From an uncultured virus (IMG/VR IMGVR_UViG_3300027747_004168) (taxonomy: Duplodnaviria > Heunggongvirae > Uroviricota > Caudoviricetes), in the IMG/VR virus record IMGVR_UViG_3300027747_004168: 64,000 nucleotides of DNA. The stretch is one strand, 5' to 3'. Below the pieces are notes generated by a model, which ran no database searches, was not told where the DNA came from, and was given only the letters and a program-made list of their open reading frames with translations. The position numbers were made by a program, and so were the translations under genes. Every line of letters begins with the position of its first letter. Positions within the stretch are counted from its first letter, which is position 1. Positions 62,907 through 64,000 of this stretch are shown one piece after another.

Positions 62907-63665
62907 ATTTCAGGCGATTTCAGGCGATTCCAGCCATTTACATCATGTTACATGGCCTTTTACATCATGTTACATCATGTCGGGGCCTTCTGATCCCATC
63001 CGAGCCGCGTCCCGCGGGCCCTAGGGGATAAAATGGCATGTTACATCATGTGGAACCCCTCCGACATCATGTAGAACGCCTTTGACATTATGTCGGGGGC
63101 TGTTTGACATCATGTAGAACGCCTTTGACATTATGTCGGGGGCCGTTTGGTCCCATCTGAACCGCGGGTCGCGGATTGGAGGGGATAACATGGCACAGAT
63201 GGCGAGGTGCATCATTTAAGTCGTGTTACATTGCCTTTACATCATGTACGGGGTGGTTTCGCACAAATCTGGGCCTTGCATTATGTCGGGCTCGTTTTTT
63301 TCCGAAGTGCGTTCTGTGTGTTTGGGGGTTTTCCTGGTGAAGTGTGGTGCCGTCTGGTCCCTTCTGTGCCGCGTGTCGCGGATCTGGGGGGCTGTGGTGG
63401 CTTCTGGGGGGGTCTTTTGTGTGTTGGGGGTGTCGGTGGCCCTTTTCATGGTTTACGGCCTTCTGTGGCGTTCTGTGGGGCTGTGGTGGGGGGTCGCACA
63501 AATCTGGGGTGTGCATTATGTCGGGGCTTGTTTTTGTTCCCTTGGGTTTTGTGTGTTTGGGGTTTTCCTGGTGAAGTCCTGCACAAATCTGGGGTTGGTT
63601 TTTTTGTGTTGTTTTGGGTTGTTCCCTTGGGTTTTGTGTGTTTGGGGTTTTCCTGGTGAAGTGTG
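62907..63665. repeat. non-coding multi-motif repeat region (iteron/origin-like)
   Basis: Nine ACAT(C/T)ATGT; 38-bp direct repeat at 63063/63106; 42-bp direct repeat at 63536/63621; three GCACAAATCTGGG; strong G/T skew. Confidence 0.85.
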
Positions 63666-63673
63666 GGTGCATG

Positions 63674-63702
63674 AAAAAACCCCGGTTTGTGGCCGGGGTT
63701 TT
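63674..63702 (-). terminator. intrinsic terminator
   Basis: AAAACCCCGG/CCGGGGTTTT stem with U-tracts, downstream of minus-strand genes. Confidence 0.7.
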
Positions 63703-63728
63703 GTGTGGGGTGGGGTTGGGTGTGGTTT

Positions 63729-63890
63729 TCAGTTCTGAGTCTTGTCGTCTTCGGCTTCTTTTCGTCGTTTTTCTTTGAAGTCGTTCCAGCGGCGTTCGGC
63801 GCGGCTGGTTTGTCTTGGGAGTCTGGGGTCGAAGCCTGTGTTCTTTACGGGTTTTGTGGCTCTGTTCTCGAGCCAGGTGCTGAATTTCAT
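63729..63890 (-). CDS. 53 aa protein with MKFSTWLE N-terminus (not in the ORF track)
   Basis: AGGAG SD; ATGA overlap with the upstream partial ORF. Confidence 0.6.
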   Translation of the reverse strand: MKFSTWLENRATKPVKNTGFDPRLPRQTSRAERRWNDFKEKRRKEAEDDKTQN

Positions 63891-64000
63891 ACTTTTACTC
63901 CTGCTTGTGTGAGTAGGTTCGAGAGGAACTCGTCGTAGACCTTGAGGATGGTGTTGTTTTTGTGGTAGCCGGCGAGGATTGATAGTTTGTGCGGGAGTTC
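63887..64000 (-). CDS. partial ORF running off the window end
   Basis: ELPHKLSILAGYHKNNTILKVYDEFLSNLLTQAGVKV*. Confidence 0.5.
   Translation of the reverse strand, partial: ELPHKLSILAGYHKNNTILKVYDEFLSNLLTQAGVKV

Noticed and set aside
62907..63665. CRISPR array, or the protein-coding ORFs listed in the repeat region
   Set aside because: There is no constant repeat with unique equal-length spacers and no cas genes. The ORFs are low-complexity translations of the repeats.

Overview
This 64 kb window is gene-dense and GC-rich, and reads as part of a large (jumbo/'huge'-type) dsDNA phage genome. It has many short overlapping ORFans, no ribosomal operons, and no capsid or terminase genes. Several genes suggest a Planctomycetota-like host (inference only). 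Recognisable content: (i) a glycan and modification toolkit (glf, RmlB-like dehydratase, GT2, GT60-like, GT61, two GT90, two Fringe/GT31-like, sulfotransferase, two SAM methyltransferases); (ii) a C5-MTase/putative endonuclease/C5-MTase cassette; (iii) DNA metabolism genes (Dda/RecD-like helicase, RuvB-like ATPase, UvsE, ATP-dependent ligase, ParB-domain protein, GHKL ATPase, two HNH proteins); (iv) host-takeover genes (CsrA, ClpX, stand-alone RNAP alpha-CTD, sigma70-like factor, nucleoid-like proteins, two ACPs); and (v) a complete tmRNA with a short tag, (A)GNAYAMAA. The most notable candidates are: a RiPP-like operon (adenylating ligase, Cys-rich precursor, radical SAM/SPASM enzyme); a tmRNA plus ClpX circuit with AA/VA C-termini on phage regulators; an unannotated structured sRNA bounded by a promoter and terminator; a leaderless TA(G/C/T)ATA-N5-ATG promoter class; two dispersed paralog families defined only by C-terminal motifs; a defective IS200/IS605 element carrying a passenger gene; and a helically phased iteron-like repeat array near the right end. 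All family assignments come from motif recognition by eye; no database searches were run.
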